Source: Macrostomum lignano
Taxonomy: Eukaryota
Reading direction: 5' to 3'
Assembly: GCA_002269645.1 (NCBI GenBank)
Contig: NIVC01000516.1
Span: 434,001 to 498,000 of the forward strand
DNA: 64,000 nt
Shown here: positions 39,553 to 52,089 of the stretch, one piece after another
How positions within the stretch are numbered: the first letter of the stretch is position 1
Layout of the letters: every line of letters starts with the position of its first letter
Made by a program: the position numbers and the translations under genes
Notes under the pieces: model-generated
The model's input: the letters and a program-made list of their open reading frames with translations, nothing else
The model's database searches: none
Told to the model about the DNA's origin: nothing

Positions 39553-40000
39553 TGGCAGTTTGTTGACTAGGGTGGCAGTTTGGTGAATAGGGTGGCAGTT
39601 TGGTGAATAGGGTGGCAGTTTAGTGAATAGGGTGGAAGTTTAGTGAATAGGGTGGCAGTTTAGTGAATAGGGTGGCAGTTTGGTGAATAGGGTGAAGTTT
39701 AATCAATAAGGCGGCAGTTTAGTGAATAGGGTGGCAGTTTGGTGAATAGGGTGGCAGTTTGGTGAATAGGGTGGCAGTTTGGTGAATAGGGTGGCAGTTT
39801 GGTTAATAGGGTAGCAGTTTGGTGAATAGGGTGGCAGTTTGGTGAATAGGGTGGCAGTTTGGTGAATAGGGTGGCAGTTTGGTTAATAGGGTGGCGGTTC
39901 GGTGAATAGGGTGACAGTTTGGTGACTAGGGTAGCAGTTTTGTGAATAGGGTGGCAGTTTGGTGAATAGGGTGGCAGTTTGGTGAATAAGCTGATAGTTT
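39553..40000. repeat. 20-bp minisatellite (GGTGAATAGGGTGGCAGTTT)
   Basis: Tandem units visible. Confidence 0.93.
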
Positions 40001-40549
40001 GGTGAACATGACTACAGTGTGGGTGAAAGAGTGGGCGGTTTGGCGAATCAATTTTGATAATATGCTGATATTTTGGTGAATAGTGTGATACAAGGAGCTG
40101 TGAACTTGCTGGTCAAGCAGCCGATACAAAGCTGCTGGCAACCCTACTCAGCTTCCTTCATACAGGTAAGTCAACTCAGTAGTCAGAGGACGAGCAAAGA
40201 GATTCACCAGCATATTGGTAATCAATTGAGCCCTGCAGTGCCCGGCTAATAGAGGTATGCTAAAAATAACAACTGCATTCTAAGGTGCCGCTTAGCCTTT
40301 ATAAATGGGGTTGACGGCAGGTGCGGCAGCTTACTTAATTGCCTGCTTTGGCTTTGGCCCTTTCTCTTCATCCTTAGAGTACTTTTATTGATCGTAGCAG
40401 GTACTACTGGCTGAGCTGGCGTCCCTAAGAAAAAACAAATTGATAACGAGACGGATACTGTCTCAGGGCGTCAGACTCTTGCTAACTAGCTTACTAAAAG
40501 TAACTACTCTTATGAGTTTGGCCAGGGTCAAGAGTTCATCCTTGAGTGC

Positions 40550-41420
40550 AGAAAGGAGGGAAGGGAGATAGGTGAGAGGGGAGAGGGAGAGAGGCAGAAT
40601 GAGAGAGAGGGAGAGTGAGAGAGAGGGAGAGTAGGAAGGCGGAGAAACGGGAGATAGAGAGAGGGGAGAGGGGAGAGGGAGAGTGAGAGAGAGGGGAGAG
40701 TGAGAGAGAGGGGAGAGGGAGAGGGAGAGTGAGAGAGAGGGGAGACTGAGAGACAGGGGAGAGTGAGAGAGGGGAGAGAGAGAGAGGGAGAGGGAGAGGG
40801 AGGGGAGAGTGAGAGAGAGGGGAGAGGGAGAGGGAGAGTCAGAGAGAGGGGAGAGTGAGAGAGAGGGGAGAGAGAGAGGGAGAGGGAGAGAGAGGGGAGA
40901 GTGAGAGAGAGGGGAGAGGGAGAGGGAGAGTGAGAGAGAGGGGAGAGTGAGAGAGAGGGGAGAGGGAGAGGGAGAGTGAGAGAGAGGGGAGAGTGAGAGA
41001 CAGGGGAGAGTGAGAGAGGGGAGAGAGAGAGAGGGAGAGGGAGAGGGAGGGGAGAGTGAGAGAGAGGGGAGAGGGAGAGGGAGAGTGAGAGAGAGGGGAG
41101 AGTGAGAGAGAGGGGAGAGAGAGAGGGAGAGGGAGAGAGAGGGGAGAGTGAGAGAGAGGGAGAGGGAGGGGAGAGTGAGAGAGAGGGGGGAGGGAGAGGG
41201 AGAGTGAGAGAGAGGGGAGAGAGAGAGAGGAAGAGGGAGAGAGAGGGGAGAGTGAGAGAGAGGGGAGAGTGAGAGACAGGGGAGAGTGAGAGAGAGGGGA
41301 GAATGAGAGAGAGGGGAGAGTGAGAGTGAGAGTGAGAGAGAGGGAAGAGGGAAGGCGGAGAAAAGGAGAGGGAGAGAGGGGGAGTGGGAAGGTGATGAAA
41401 GGGGAGAGGGAGAGAGGCGG
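40550..41420. repeat. Long polypurine (GA-rich) tract
   Basis: About 870 bp of almost exclusively G and A. Confidence 0.95.
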
Positions 41421-42259
41421 ATAGATGCTGAAAGGAGAATGGCAGTGGTGCAAAAGTGCCCCATCAGCAGTAGGATAATAAACGCGGGAGCAAATTCACT
41501 CGCAATCGAGGCAGAGGGTCAACAGCGGTCAGACAGTTGTGTAAAAACATTGATGGGAATATTTTAGCGGAAAATCCCTGCTCACAGGCTCGCCAGCTTG
41601 TCGTTGCCGCGGCGAAAACAGACAACAAGGGGAATATTTTCCAAAAGAAAATCTTCTCCCTCTTTATCCCTTACTCTGTTTTGCAGACTCGTGCAGCAGG
41701 CGGCCGCTCCTGTTGCACCTATCTCAGCTGCTCCACCCCGCCCCCCTTTAAATCAGCCGTAAGCTTTGCGAGTTGCTGAGACTCACACACAGCATTGAGC
41801 TCGATTTCAACTCGAGAGAGACAGACAGACAGACGGGAGGTTTCGGGGATTAGCGGATTGCGTGTGCAATGCCCAGGCGACTCTCTGCTGCGCTCGACTC
41901 GACCCTCCCGTCCTGCTGCTGCCGCCTCTGCCTTGCTGTCCCGTCGCCTCCGCCGCCCCATCCACCCTTTTACTATCTCAGAGAGCCCGTGCAGCATCCT
42001 CGGTGCAGCTTAAGCTATTTACAAAGCTTCCTCCCCGCCCAATAGGTGAGCTCCTCGGGCTGCTCCCCGCCCGCTCAGTAAGGATGAAAACGGCGAGACG
42101 GGATGGAGGAGCTGAGAAATCTTCTTGGGAGTTTTCCTACTTCACTACAGAGAGACAGAATAGCCCGCCAAGTCGTTGTCTCAACCTGAATGGACTCGGT
42201 TCGGTTGCTAATCGGTTGAGGAGAGGCTGCTCGAGTCGCTTGATCTTTTTCATAATCAA

Positions 42260-45200
42260 ATGTCGGCAAATTCCACTGCTGACGGCGGAGGCTCCGGAAG
42301 CGATGGTGGCGGCGGCGGCGGCGGCCCCAAAGCGGCCTGGGCGCCGTTGCGCAAGCGGCTGGCGGTGATTCGAACTGTCAGAATTTTCTCCAAGGACTCC
42401 GCCAAGGATGCCGCGGCCCTGACGGCGGCGTCAACAGCCGCCAAACCGGACGATGGCGGCGTCTATTGCGGCGACGAGGCCGGCGGCTGCAGCGACGCGG
42501 AGTTTGACGAAGCCGCAAAGGTAAGGCAAATCCTCCAATCTCCCTCTGCATTTTCACCGGCTCTGTCCATCCCCTCTCCATTTCTTTTTTACACACCTCT
42601 CTGCCGTCCTCTCTATCCCTCGCTACACACCTCTCTGCTGTCCTCTCTATCCTTCGCTACACCCCTCTCCGCCGTCCTCTCTATCCCTCGCTACACCCCT
42701 CTCCGCCGTCCTCTCTATCCCTCGCTACATCCCTCTCCGCCGTCCTCTCTATCCCTCGCTACACCCCTCTCCGCCGTCCTCTCTATCCCTCGCTACACCC
42801 CTCTCCGCTGTCCTCTCTATCCCTCGCTACATCCCTCTCCGCCGTCCTCTCTATCCCTCGCTACACCCCTCTCCGCTGTCCTCTCTATCCCTCGCTACAT
42901 CCCTCTCCGCCGTCCTCTCTATCCCTCGCTACACCCCTCTCCGCCGTCCTCTCTATCCCTCGCTACACCCCTCGCCACTGTGCGCTGTCCTTTGTATCCC
43001 ACGCCACCTTCATATCTTCACATCCATCCCAGATTTGTAGCAATTTTTTTCCTATAACGTTTAGCTAATCCTGGCTAATCTTGAATTTCGCCACTCAGCC
43101 AGATGTCACTTGCCTTTCCCACCCTGTATTTCTTTCTTGGCAGCCTGTTTGAGTGGTGCAATTTCTGGGGCTGATGTACAGCAGGCCTATCTACCCCCCC
43201 CCCCCCCAGATAAGTTGCAGCTATAATGCTCTATCCTAAAGCCCTGTTCCTCAAGATTTTTTTAACATCAATAAATTATTTATGCTTGGGTTAATTTCAC
43301 CGAGAGAGAGAGAGACTAGAGGAGGATTAGCGATCTGATTCCTTATCTTGTCTTCTTGACTGCCTGCTAGATAATAAAGTCGGTCGAGACGAGACTCCGA
43401 CAAAGTTTTATGACAGAACTTTTGTTTAAATGGACCTATTTGCCAACTTATGGTATTTTATCAAGACGTTGTCCACGACCGTGCATTAGTAGAACTGCTA
43501 AAGCATTTTTTGTTCAAATTTCAGATGTTTTTTTACACTACATATCGTTCGATATTTGTTCAACTCATAACGGGACAGATTTGACTCCACAGATTGAGAG
43601 TCTGCATGATTTCTGTCTGTTGTTGAATTGCACACTTTTTGCTGGTAAATGTTGCTTCTGCCAGAGAGGCTTGACATCTTAGTGGCTCCTCTCTCCACTC
43701 TCTCCCCCTCCCTCCCCTCTCCCTCCCCTCTCTTCCCCTCTCTTCCTCTCTCTGCCTTCTCTCCCCCACCTCTCTCTCTCTCCTCTCTCCGCTCTCTTTC
43801 CCCTCTGCATTTTCTCCCCTCTCTCTCCTTCTTTCTGCCCTCTCTCAACTCTCTTCCCTCCCTCCCCTCTGTCCCCTCTCTGCCTTCTTTCCCTTACTTC
43901 TCACTCCCTCTCTCTCTCCTCTCCCCTCTCTCTCCCCCTCTTTCTGCTCTCTCTCAACTCTCCCCTTTCTCTCCTCTCCCTTCTCTTCTCTCCCTCCTCA
44001 GCAAGTCGCCGGGTTTAGCAGTCTCGTCAAATGCAGCTCCCAGCTTCCATTTAGCACCAGCCCCTGTCACTTGAAGTTCGTCACTTGATGTCACGGCTTT
44101 TCCTCACTGGTCAACACTTGGAAACTTTTAACCTTCTTTTCTCGAGTGAGGGGGTGGCTGAATTGAATAGGTCTCTGCACAGCTTCATCATTACCTGGGG
44201 TACTTTTTTTTATAAAGAGATCCATGTATATCAACTTGCCCGCTAAGCTGACAGTTTTGTCGGCTCGACCGCGAAAATCCGGATCGTGCTCGAGCAGAAG
44301 GGGGCACAAAGAATAAATCGGGAATCGGGGTTGCGGGGGTAGCCGGAGCAGAGAGAGAGAGAGGGGGGGGGGAGAGATGTGATCCTCTTACACTCTCCGC
44401 TTTTGCAGTTAATTACAGGCGATAATTCCGGTACTCAAAGCACCTGGGCGAACGGGGCGGAGGGGCGGAAAAAAGGCGGTGACGCCGACGAGCTTGAGAG
44501 GCTGCTCAGAGAGGCGGGGGGGGCCACAGTTATAATGAGACTGGCTGCATCCTCAGCCTCAGAGATAAGACGGCCGGCAATCGATGGCCGGCATGCCGGG
44601 AGAGAGTCCAGCACGGGCGATCAATCAGCTGAAGCAGAGCGGCAATATGGCGGAAGCAAATTAATAAGCTGGAGGTGCGGCTTCGAAATAGCTTGTGGAA
44701 GTGCTTGGGCCAACTTGTATGAGCTTTCGTACATGCGAATATATGCACGCATGTCTCATATGATAAAGTCCAAATCCGCATAACTGAGAAGGTCAACTGA
44801 CTGACCGCTTCCAATTCCACAGAATTGGAATAGATGGGCATCTGTTATTAGATTACAAGATCATTAGACTACAGGACCATCATATTACAGAGTCACTAGA
44901 TTACAGGATCACTAGATTACAGGATCACTAGATTACAGGATCACTAGATTACAGGATCACTAGATTAAAGGATCATTAAATTACCGGATCACTAGATTAC
45001 AGGACCATCATATTACAGAGTCACTAGATTACAGGATCACTAGATTACAGGATCACTAGATTACAGGATCACTAGATTAAAGGATCATTAAATTACCGGA
45101 TCACTAGATTACAGGACCATCATATTACAGAGTCACTAGATTACAGGATCACTAGATTACAGGATCACTAGATTACAGGATCACTAGATTACAGGATCAC

Positions 45201-48200
45201 TAGATTACAGGATCACTAGATTACAGGATCACTAGATTACAGGATCACTAGATTACAGGATCACTAGATTACAGGATCACTAGATTACAGGATCACTAGA
45301 TTACAGGATCACTAGATTACAGGATCACTAGATTACAGGATCACTAGATTACAGGATCACTAGATTACAGGATCACTAGATTGATGGTTCAATAGATTAC
45401 AGAATCATTAGACTACAAGATCATTAGATTACATATTAATAAATCTTTCAACTACAAAATGGATTACACTTATAAAAGTACAACCTAGAAAATATACATT
45501 TGATTACAGAAGACCAAACGGTCAAAGCCATTTTTAATCCATTGCTCAAGCATCCAAGATCCCGCAGCCTCAATAGCGTGACCAAACCATTGAAATGCAG
45601 ATAGAAATGTCTGCCAAGGCATGGGGAACTGAGAACAGAATTTGAATAAAAGCGCTGAGTGCACGCAACCCAGATCCACTGAGGCTAAAAGTTGAAAAAA
45701 CACTTCTTAAGCATTGAAAAGCAGGAAGTGGAACGAACAGAAATCGCTTTTTAGAAGGGCCTATTTCCTCGTTAGGGATTTTCAGAGCAGAAATGTCCTC
45801 TTTGAAATCAAGGCTGTTGAAGTTGAAGCATCGGACTTACTTAAACACGACAGGTAATGCAAAATTTTGTTAAAATTGACAGACTTGCCAATGATTGCTC
45901 ATTGCAATTTTTACACTCCGGGCTCAGATTTCCGAATGCTTCTACTCAGAGTAGAGTAGGTGGTACTCAGAGTAGAAAGTACTCCTTCTCCCGTCGATGA
46001 CTCAGAGAAAGCGAGATGCGAGTCCCCTGTGGCAATGTCCCCCTGATTAAATAAACATTTGAATTGGGAGTTCCACCCAGAAGGCCTGAACCGAGTAACT
46101 CGAACAATGGGATGTCTGATCACCCAGCCGCTAGATCCCATGGGATTTATTCTAAATATATATATTGGGAAAGATAGAAAATGTTCTTTGAAGACCGTCT
46201 GCTGCAGCAATGATAGTAGGAAGAGACCAAACCTAATAATTTAAACCTTAAAATTGAATCAAACAATTGCATGATTGAAGGAAATCTCCTGAAACCTAAC
46301 AGAACTTCACCCGAATGAGGACAACCTCACCCGAATGAGGAAACTCTCACCCGAATGAGGACAACATCACCCGAATGAGGACAACCTCACCCGAATGAGG
46401 AAACTCTCACCCGAATGAGGACAACATCACCCGAATGAAGACAACCTCACCCGAATGAGGACAACCTCACCCGAATGAGGACAACCTCACCCGAATGAGG
46501 ACAACCTCACCCGAATGAGGAAACTCTCACCCGAATGAGGACAACATCACCCGAATGAGGACAACCTCACCCAAATGAGGAAAATCTCACCCGAATGAGG
46601 ACAACCTCACCCAAATGAGGAAAATCTCACCCGAATGAGAACAACCTCACCCGAATGAGGAAAACCTCACCCGAATGAGGACAACCTCACCCGAATGAGG
46701 ACAACCTCACTCGAATGAGGACAACCTCACCCGAATGAGGACAACATCACCCGAATGAGAACAACCTCACCCGAATGAGAACAACCTCACTCGAATGAGG
46801 ACAACCTCACCTATTGATTAGCAATTAAGTTCCCCACCTGAATGGAAAAAACACTTTATATAAATAATCAGAACTATCACGCTGACAATGTTACCATATG
46901 GACAACAAACTCGAATCATTAGAAGCAAGCGAAAGAACACAAGATTCTAAATTGACTCTGGTTCAATATTTGCAAGAAGACAGCAGTTCTCGCTGGTCTC
47001 GGCTCCCTTCTTGAATCGGATTTCACGCCCGACTGGCCCGGAAACCTCATCCAGAAATCCTGGGCCGGACTCAACAGACCAACCGCTGATTGAGAAGCCA
47101 CCAAGCGTGCTCATTGCCTGATGGAGCCCGCAGGGGGACTGGGGTGCGTCTCAGAAGCAACTTCTCTGCGGTTTTGCCTAAAGGAACAAAATACAAAACT
47201 TCCATCCCAACAATTGTGTTCCCAATACCCTGGGTGGGAAAGCGGTCCTGTTCCCCGATTCCCTGGGTGGGGGAAGCGGCCCTGTTCCCCGATTCCTTGG
47301 GTGGAGGAAGCGGCCCTGTTCCTCGATTCCTTGGGTGAAGGAAGCGGCCCTGTTCCCCGATTCCCTGGGTGGAGGAAGCGGCCCTGTTCCCCGATTCCCT
47401 GGGTGGGGAAAGCGGCCCTGTTCCCCGATTGCCTGGGCGGGTGGTGGGGGTAAGCAACCCTGTTCCCCCTGTTCCCCGATTCCCTGGGTGGAGGAAGCGG
47501 CCCTGTTCCCCGATTCCCTGGGCTGGTGGTGGGGGGGAAGTGGCCCTGTTCCCCCTGTTCCCCGTTTCCCTGGGTGGAGGAAGCGGCCCTGTTCCCCGAT
47601 TCCCTGGGTGGGGAAGCGGCCCTGTTCCCCGATTCTCTGGGCTGGTGGTGGGGGGAAGTGGCCCTGTTCCCCCTGTTCTCCGATTCCCTGGGTGGGGGAA
47701 GCGGCCCTGTTCCCCGATTCCCTGGGTGGGGAAGCGGCCCTGTTCCCCGATTCCCTGGGTGGGGGAAGCGGCCCTGTTCCCCGATTCCCCGGGTGGGGGA
47801 AGCGGCCCTGTTCCCCGATTCCCTGGGCTGGTGGTGGGGGGAAGTGGCCCTGTTCCCCCTGTTCCCCGATTCCCTGGGTGGAGGAAGCGGCCCTGTTACC
47901 CGATTCCCTGGGTCGGGGAAGCGGCCCTGTTTCCCGATTCTCTGGGTGGGGGAAGCGGCCCTGTTCCCCGATTCCCTGGGTGGGGGAAGCGGCCCTGTTC
48001 CCCGATTCCCCGGGTGGGGGAAGCGGCCCTGTTCCCCGATTCCCTGGGCTGGTGGTGGGGGGAAGTGGCCCTGTTCCCCCTGTTCCCCGATTCCCTGGGT
48101 GGGGGAAGCGGCCCTGTTTCCCGATTCTCTGGGTGGGGGAAGCGGCCCTGTTCCCCGATTCCCCGGGTGGGGGAAGCGGCCCTGTTCCCCGATTCCCTGG

Positions 48201-51200
48201 GTGGAGGAAGCGGCCCTGTTCCCCGATTCCCTGGGTGGGGAAGCGGCCCTGTTCCCCGATTCCCTGGGTGGGGGAAGCGGCCCTGTTTCCCGATTCCCTG
48301 GGTGGGGGAAGCGGCCCTGTTTCCCGATTCCCTGGGTGGGGGAAGCGGCCCTGTTCCCCGATTCCCTGGGTGGAGGAAGCGGCCCTGTTCCCCGATTCCC
48401 TGGGTGGGGAAGCGGCCCTGTTCCCCGATTCCCCGGGTGGGGGAAGCGGCCCTGTTCCCCGATTCCCTGGGTGGGGGAAGCGGCCCTGTTCCCCGATTCC
48501 CTGGGTGGGGGAAGCGGCCCGGTTCCCCGATTCCCTGGGTGGGGGAAGCGGCCCTGTTCCCCGATTCCCTGGGTGGAGGAAGCGGCCCTGTTCCCCGATT
48601 CCTAGTTTTCTAAACAAAGCTCTACAAATATCACTAGAGCTATAAGAAAGGCACAACATATCAAACGGTGAACATTGTGTCTGCCTCCTATCAAAAGCAA
48701 GAACATTTTTTGTGCTGTAAAAATGAAGCCCTCCAATCTCCATGATGTATTTTTTTCGATAAATTTTTTCCCAAGAAACCCAGTTTCCTGACCTACTTGA
48801 GTTGTCCTTGTGTAGCATCAAACGATTTTTGCTAATATATTTTTGAAGTATGTAAATTGTCTTGTTTTAATGCATTCGTTCGGAAGAGAAGTCGAATTAT
48901 CAGATACATTTTCTCTGAAAGACTGGGGCCTGTCCTTAGAGTATAAGAAGAACTTGACAGAGCTCTAGCCAATAAGCTCCCGAAGGCCTGTCGGGGATAA
49001 ATTGATAGGGGGGCTGTGGGGGAGCAGTTAGGCAGAGAAGCTCAGCGCAGTCATGAACAGCAGAGCGGGCAACTGGTTCCGGCACCGCAAAGTGTCAGCT
49101 CCAGCGCCGACCCCCTCCTCTCACTCCGCCTCTCCGCGCCGCCGACTTCCGCAGGCGTCCCCGGTGCTCGGTTCGTCTACGGCCGCTTCTGCCGCCGCCG
49201 CAGCTTCAGCCGCCTGCGACGATGACGCTGAGAACGAAGAGGAACCGACTGCGGCGGCTGAAGACGTCAAAAGCGTCAAGGCCAACGCCGCCGCCTCCAC
49301 CTCCGCCGCCTCGGTGGCTCCGCCGGCGCACGCACTGTTTCTGCGACATCGCGGGGTGAGATTCTCGCTGCCTCTCTCGTCAGGAGAGGCCCGCTGTACA
49401 CCCGAATGTCCTCATTACAGATTAAGCTACTCTAAGCAACTTCTGCCATAGACAATTGGGGAGATTCTGCATTGTTTCAGTGTGATATTAAAATGTGTAC
49501 TTTATAAATTACATCAAGTACTTCATGTGCCTTTGCCGTAGTCGCGAGCTCCAGAATGGTCGGCCGCAGCCTACGAGGGCCGGGGCAGCCTCGGCAGCGG
49601 GGACTTCGCGAATGAGGTTCGCCGACTATCGTCCTGCTCGCAGTTCGAGGAGTCGCGTCGGGGTTCCAGCGATCTGCAGCAGAAGGCGGCAAAGGCTAAG
49701 AAGAAGAGCATGTGAGCTGATTCTGGATGATGATGCTGGATAATGAAATATAGTGCGTCTAGCAAGGATAGATCTAGTGCATTTTGCTGTAGGATAGATG
49801 TAGTGCATATGACAAGGATAGATGTAGTGCATTTTGCAAGGATAGATTTAGTGCATTTTGCAAGAATAGATCTAGTGCAAATAGCAAGGATAGATCTAGT
49901 GCAAATAACAAGGATAGATCTAGGGAAAATAGCAAGGATAGATCTAGTGCAAATAACAAGGATAGATCTAGTGCAAATAACAAGGATAGATCTAGTGCAA
50001 ATAACAAGGATAGATCTAGTGCAAATAACAAGGATAGATCTAGTGCATCCGGTAAGAGCCCTTAATCATGGTTTTCTGTGTTGTTCTGTGAAACAACTAG
50101 TTGAAACAATTTCGGCTACTTTTGCAATTTTTATATCAAAATTTTGACTGCCGTTGCAGACTGCCAACTCAAACTGTCCTCAATTTCAGCTCCAAAAGCA
50201 GGGCAGCACCCAGACCCTTGGCTTGACTTAGAATAGCAGCTACCAACTCATTTCCTTTGAGACCATGGACAGAAGAATCCGCATCAGTTGGCGGGATTAA
50301 AGTGGGCCAGAGGAAAGACAGGTTGACACTTCTGAATTCGGGAATTCCCAGACTGCAGCAGAGGGATCCCTCCCTGCCCTGTCCATGGACTCCCCCTCAG
50401 TCCCAGTGGTCCCTGAATAATTCAGTAGCTAGTGGATTGCAAGCCGCAAAAATGCTAGATGGTTTCTGTTTCATTAGCCGAGCGCGTCTCACGGGATTTC
50501 CGCGGATTTACTTGCAGAGGCGAAAAGTTCGGCTTCTTGTCGAGAAGGTCGACGGATACGACGGCTGCGTTGGAGAAGTCGTCCAGCCTGCGGCCGAATT
50601 TCAAGCCCTCGTCGGATCAGGTGCAACGTTGGGGAGCCTCCTTTGACTGCCTGCTGAATGACAAGTGTAAGGGCCAGTTCTATGCATTGATGCTATTGTA
50701 GCTATGCCTGACAATTTACTGCAAACAGCAAGTAAAGACGATTTTGCTGTACTGATGGACCGTCACTTTTATACCAGCAGTAGTCATTCTCAATGGCTTA
50801 TCTGATATTTCATTGGGGGTTCATGAATATCGAGTTGTATATCGAATCGAGTGAGCTGATGACTGATCTTTTGGCTCTGTACAAAAAGCCTCAGACGGTA
50901 TAGCGTTCACTGTCGGGAATTCTGTTATGAATCATATAGTTTCAGGTCAATAAGTTGCATTTTTATGTAACAGATTCAGCTCTCAAAAATTGATTCGATT
51001 ACAGACGGCCTCGCCCTATTCAGGGCCTTCCTCAAGACCGAGTACTCGGACGAAAACATCGAATTCTGGATCGCTTGTGAAGAATATCGCGGCCTAATTG
51101 GATTAAAGAAGCAGACGTTGAAGGCGCAGAAGATTTACACGGAATTTGTGGCCTTCCAGGCGCCAAGAGAGGTAACTGTTTCGAGATAAGCATAGCTTTT

Positions 51201-52089
51201 GTCTTTGGTGATAGGATGACTTGACCATAGACTATAGAATTGACAAGGAAACGGAGAGGGGACGTTTGACGGGACATTTTAACGCCTGTTTAAACTAGTG
51301 AATGAAGACGCTGTCGTCTTCAAAGGTGGGACGATGTGTTATTTGCTCTTATTCTTTTATGGCCCGATATAAAAACTAACTAAGAAGCTTAGGCTATATT
51401 TGGTTTAGTTGTTGGGTGGAGATGTCAAAGGGGTTGTTGTTGTTGTTAGGTAGGGGTTGCCAAATGTGGGGGGCTCGCCGCCCCCTCACCCTGGCTTCCG
51501 TAAGGCTAGTGGGGGGCTCGCCGCCCCCCACACCCCTGGCCTGGCCAACGCCACACCGACTGTGCTTTATTCTGCTTTGGACGAGGAGCATATGGAGTAT
51601 GGAGAAGCATACGACTATGAAGCATAGTTAAATGTTTCAAGACAATGTCCTAGCTTCAGCCCAGAGCCACATGTCAGTCATTTCGGCCAACGGGGTAACG
51701 AATTACAAGAATGTTACTAAAAATTTACTAAAATTATGATTTTTGGCTATATCTTACTCAAACCAAATAAATTGACTCTATTTGCTTTCAACCTCCTGTC
51801 GGAGCATCAAGCTGCCCGCCATTCCCTCAAGCCGCTGCCAACATCGCAACTGCAGGTGAACCTGGACAGCACCACCCGTCTAGCAACCATCAATGCGATG
51901 GGCAGCCCGGACAGTCATTTATTTGAGCAGGCGCAGAAACGAATCCAAGCTCTGATGGAGAAGGACTCTTACCAGCGTTTCCTTCGATCTGAAGTCTACC
52001 AGGCACTGGTGAAGGACGCTCCAACCTCTGCGGCATCGACAGACGAGAACGCTGGCGGCGCCACTGCCGCTCAATCTTCGACCGTTTGA
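42260..52089 (+). CDS. Regulator of G-protein signalling (RGS box protein, R4-like), long isoform
   Basis: Exons 42260(ATG)-42520 (donor GTAAGG), 49542-49711, 50518-50666, 51005-51171, 51856-52089(TGA), phases 0/2/1/0 consistent. RGS box: W..[58 protein letters not shown]; the catalytic EN, N and R positions are retained. The RGS-box exons are near certain; attachment of the first exon is inferred. Confidence 0.85.
42595..42972. repeat. 34-bp minisatellite (GCCGTCCTCTCTATCCCTCGCTACACCCCTCTCC), RGS intron
   Basis: Period 34 (42671, 42705). Confidence 0.93.
43688..44000. repeat. Polypyrimidine (CT-rich) tract
   Basis: Direct observation. Confidence 0.9.
44845..45430. repeat. 16-bp minisatellite (GATTACAGGATCACTA)
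   Basis: Tandem units visible. Confidence 0.95.
46305..46812. repeat. 20-bp minisatellite (CACCCGAATGAGGACAACCT)
   Basis: Tandem units visible. Confidence 0.95.
47225..48603. repeat. About 34-bp G-rich minisatellite (GGGTGGGGGAAGCGGCCCTGTTCCCCGATTCCCT)
   Basis: Tandem units with GGGCTGGTGGTGGGGGG variants. Confidence 0.95.
49053..49355 (+). CDS. Candidate alternative first coding exon of the RGS gene
   Basis: ATG at 49053, GC-rich Ala/Ser/acidic ORF of 101 codons ending at GGG|GTGAGA in phase 0, which fits the phase-0 acceptor at 49542. Confidence 0.6.
49765..50046. repeat. 24-bp minisatellite (CAAGGATAGATCTAGTGCAAATAA)
   Basis: Tandem units starting about 50 bp after the donor at 49712. 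Confidence 0.93.

Noticed and set aside
40463-41464. Ser/Leu/Pro-rich ORFs
   Set aside because: Translation of the GA/CT tract; the same applies to the SVCL, LSIY, IPSHL, DMKRLRS and TRIDLVQI repeat ORFs elsewhere.
44845-45430. Repeated GATTACA word
   Set aside because: It is simply part of a 16-bp minisatellite unit, with no evidence of function.
47178-48821. 547-aa Pro/Gly-rich ORF and overlapping 359-436-aa ORFs that look collagen- or mucin-like
   Set aside because: They are translations of the 34-bp array in several frames on both strands, inside an RGS intron, with no Gly-X-Y register, signal peptide or splice support.
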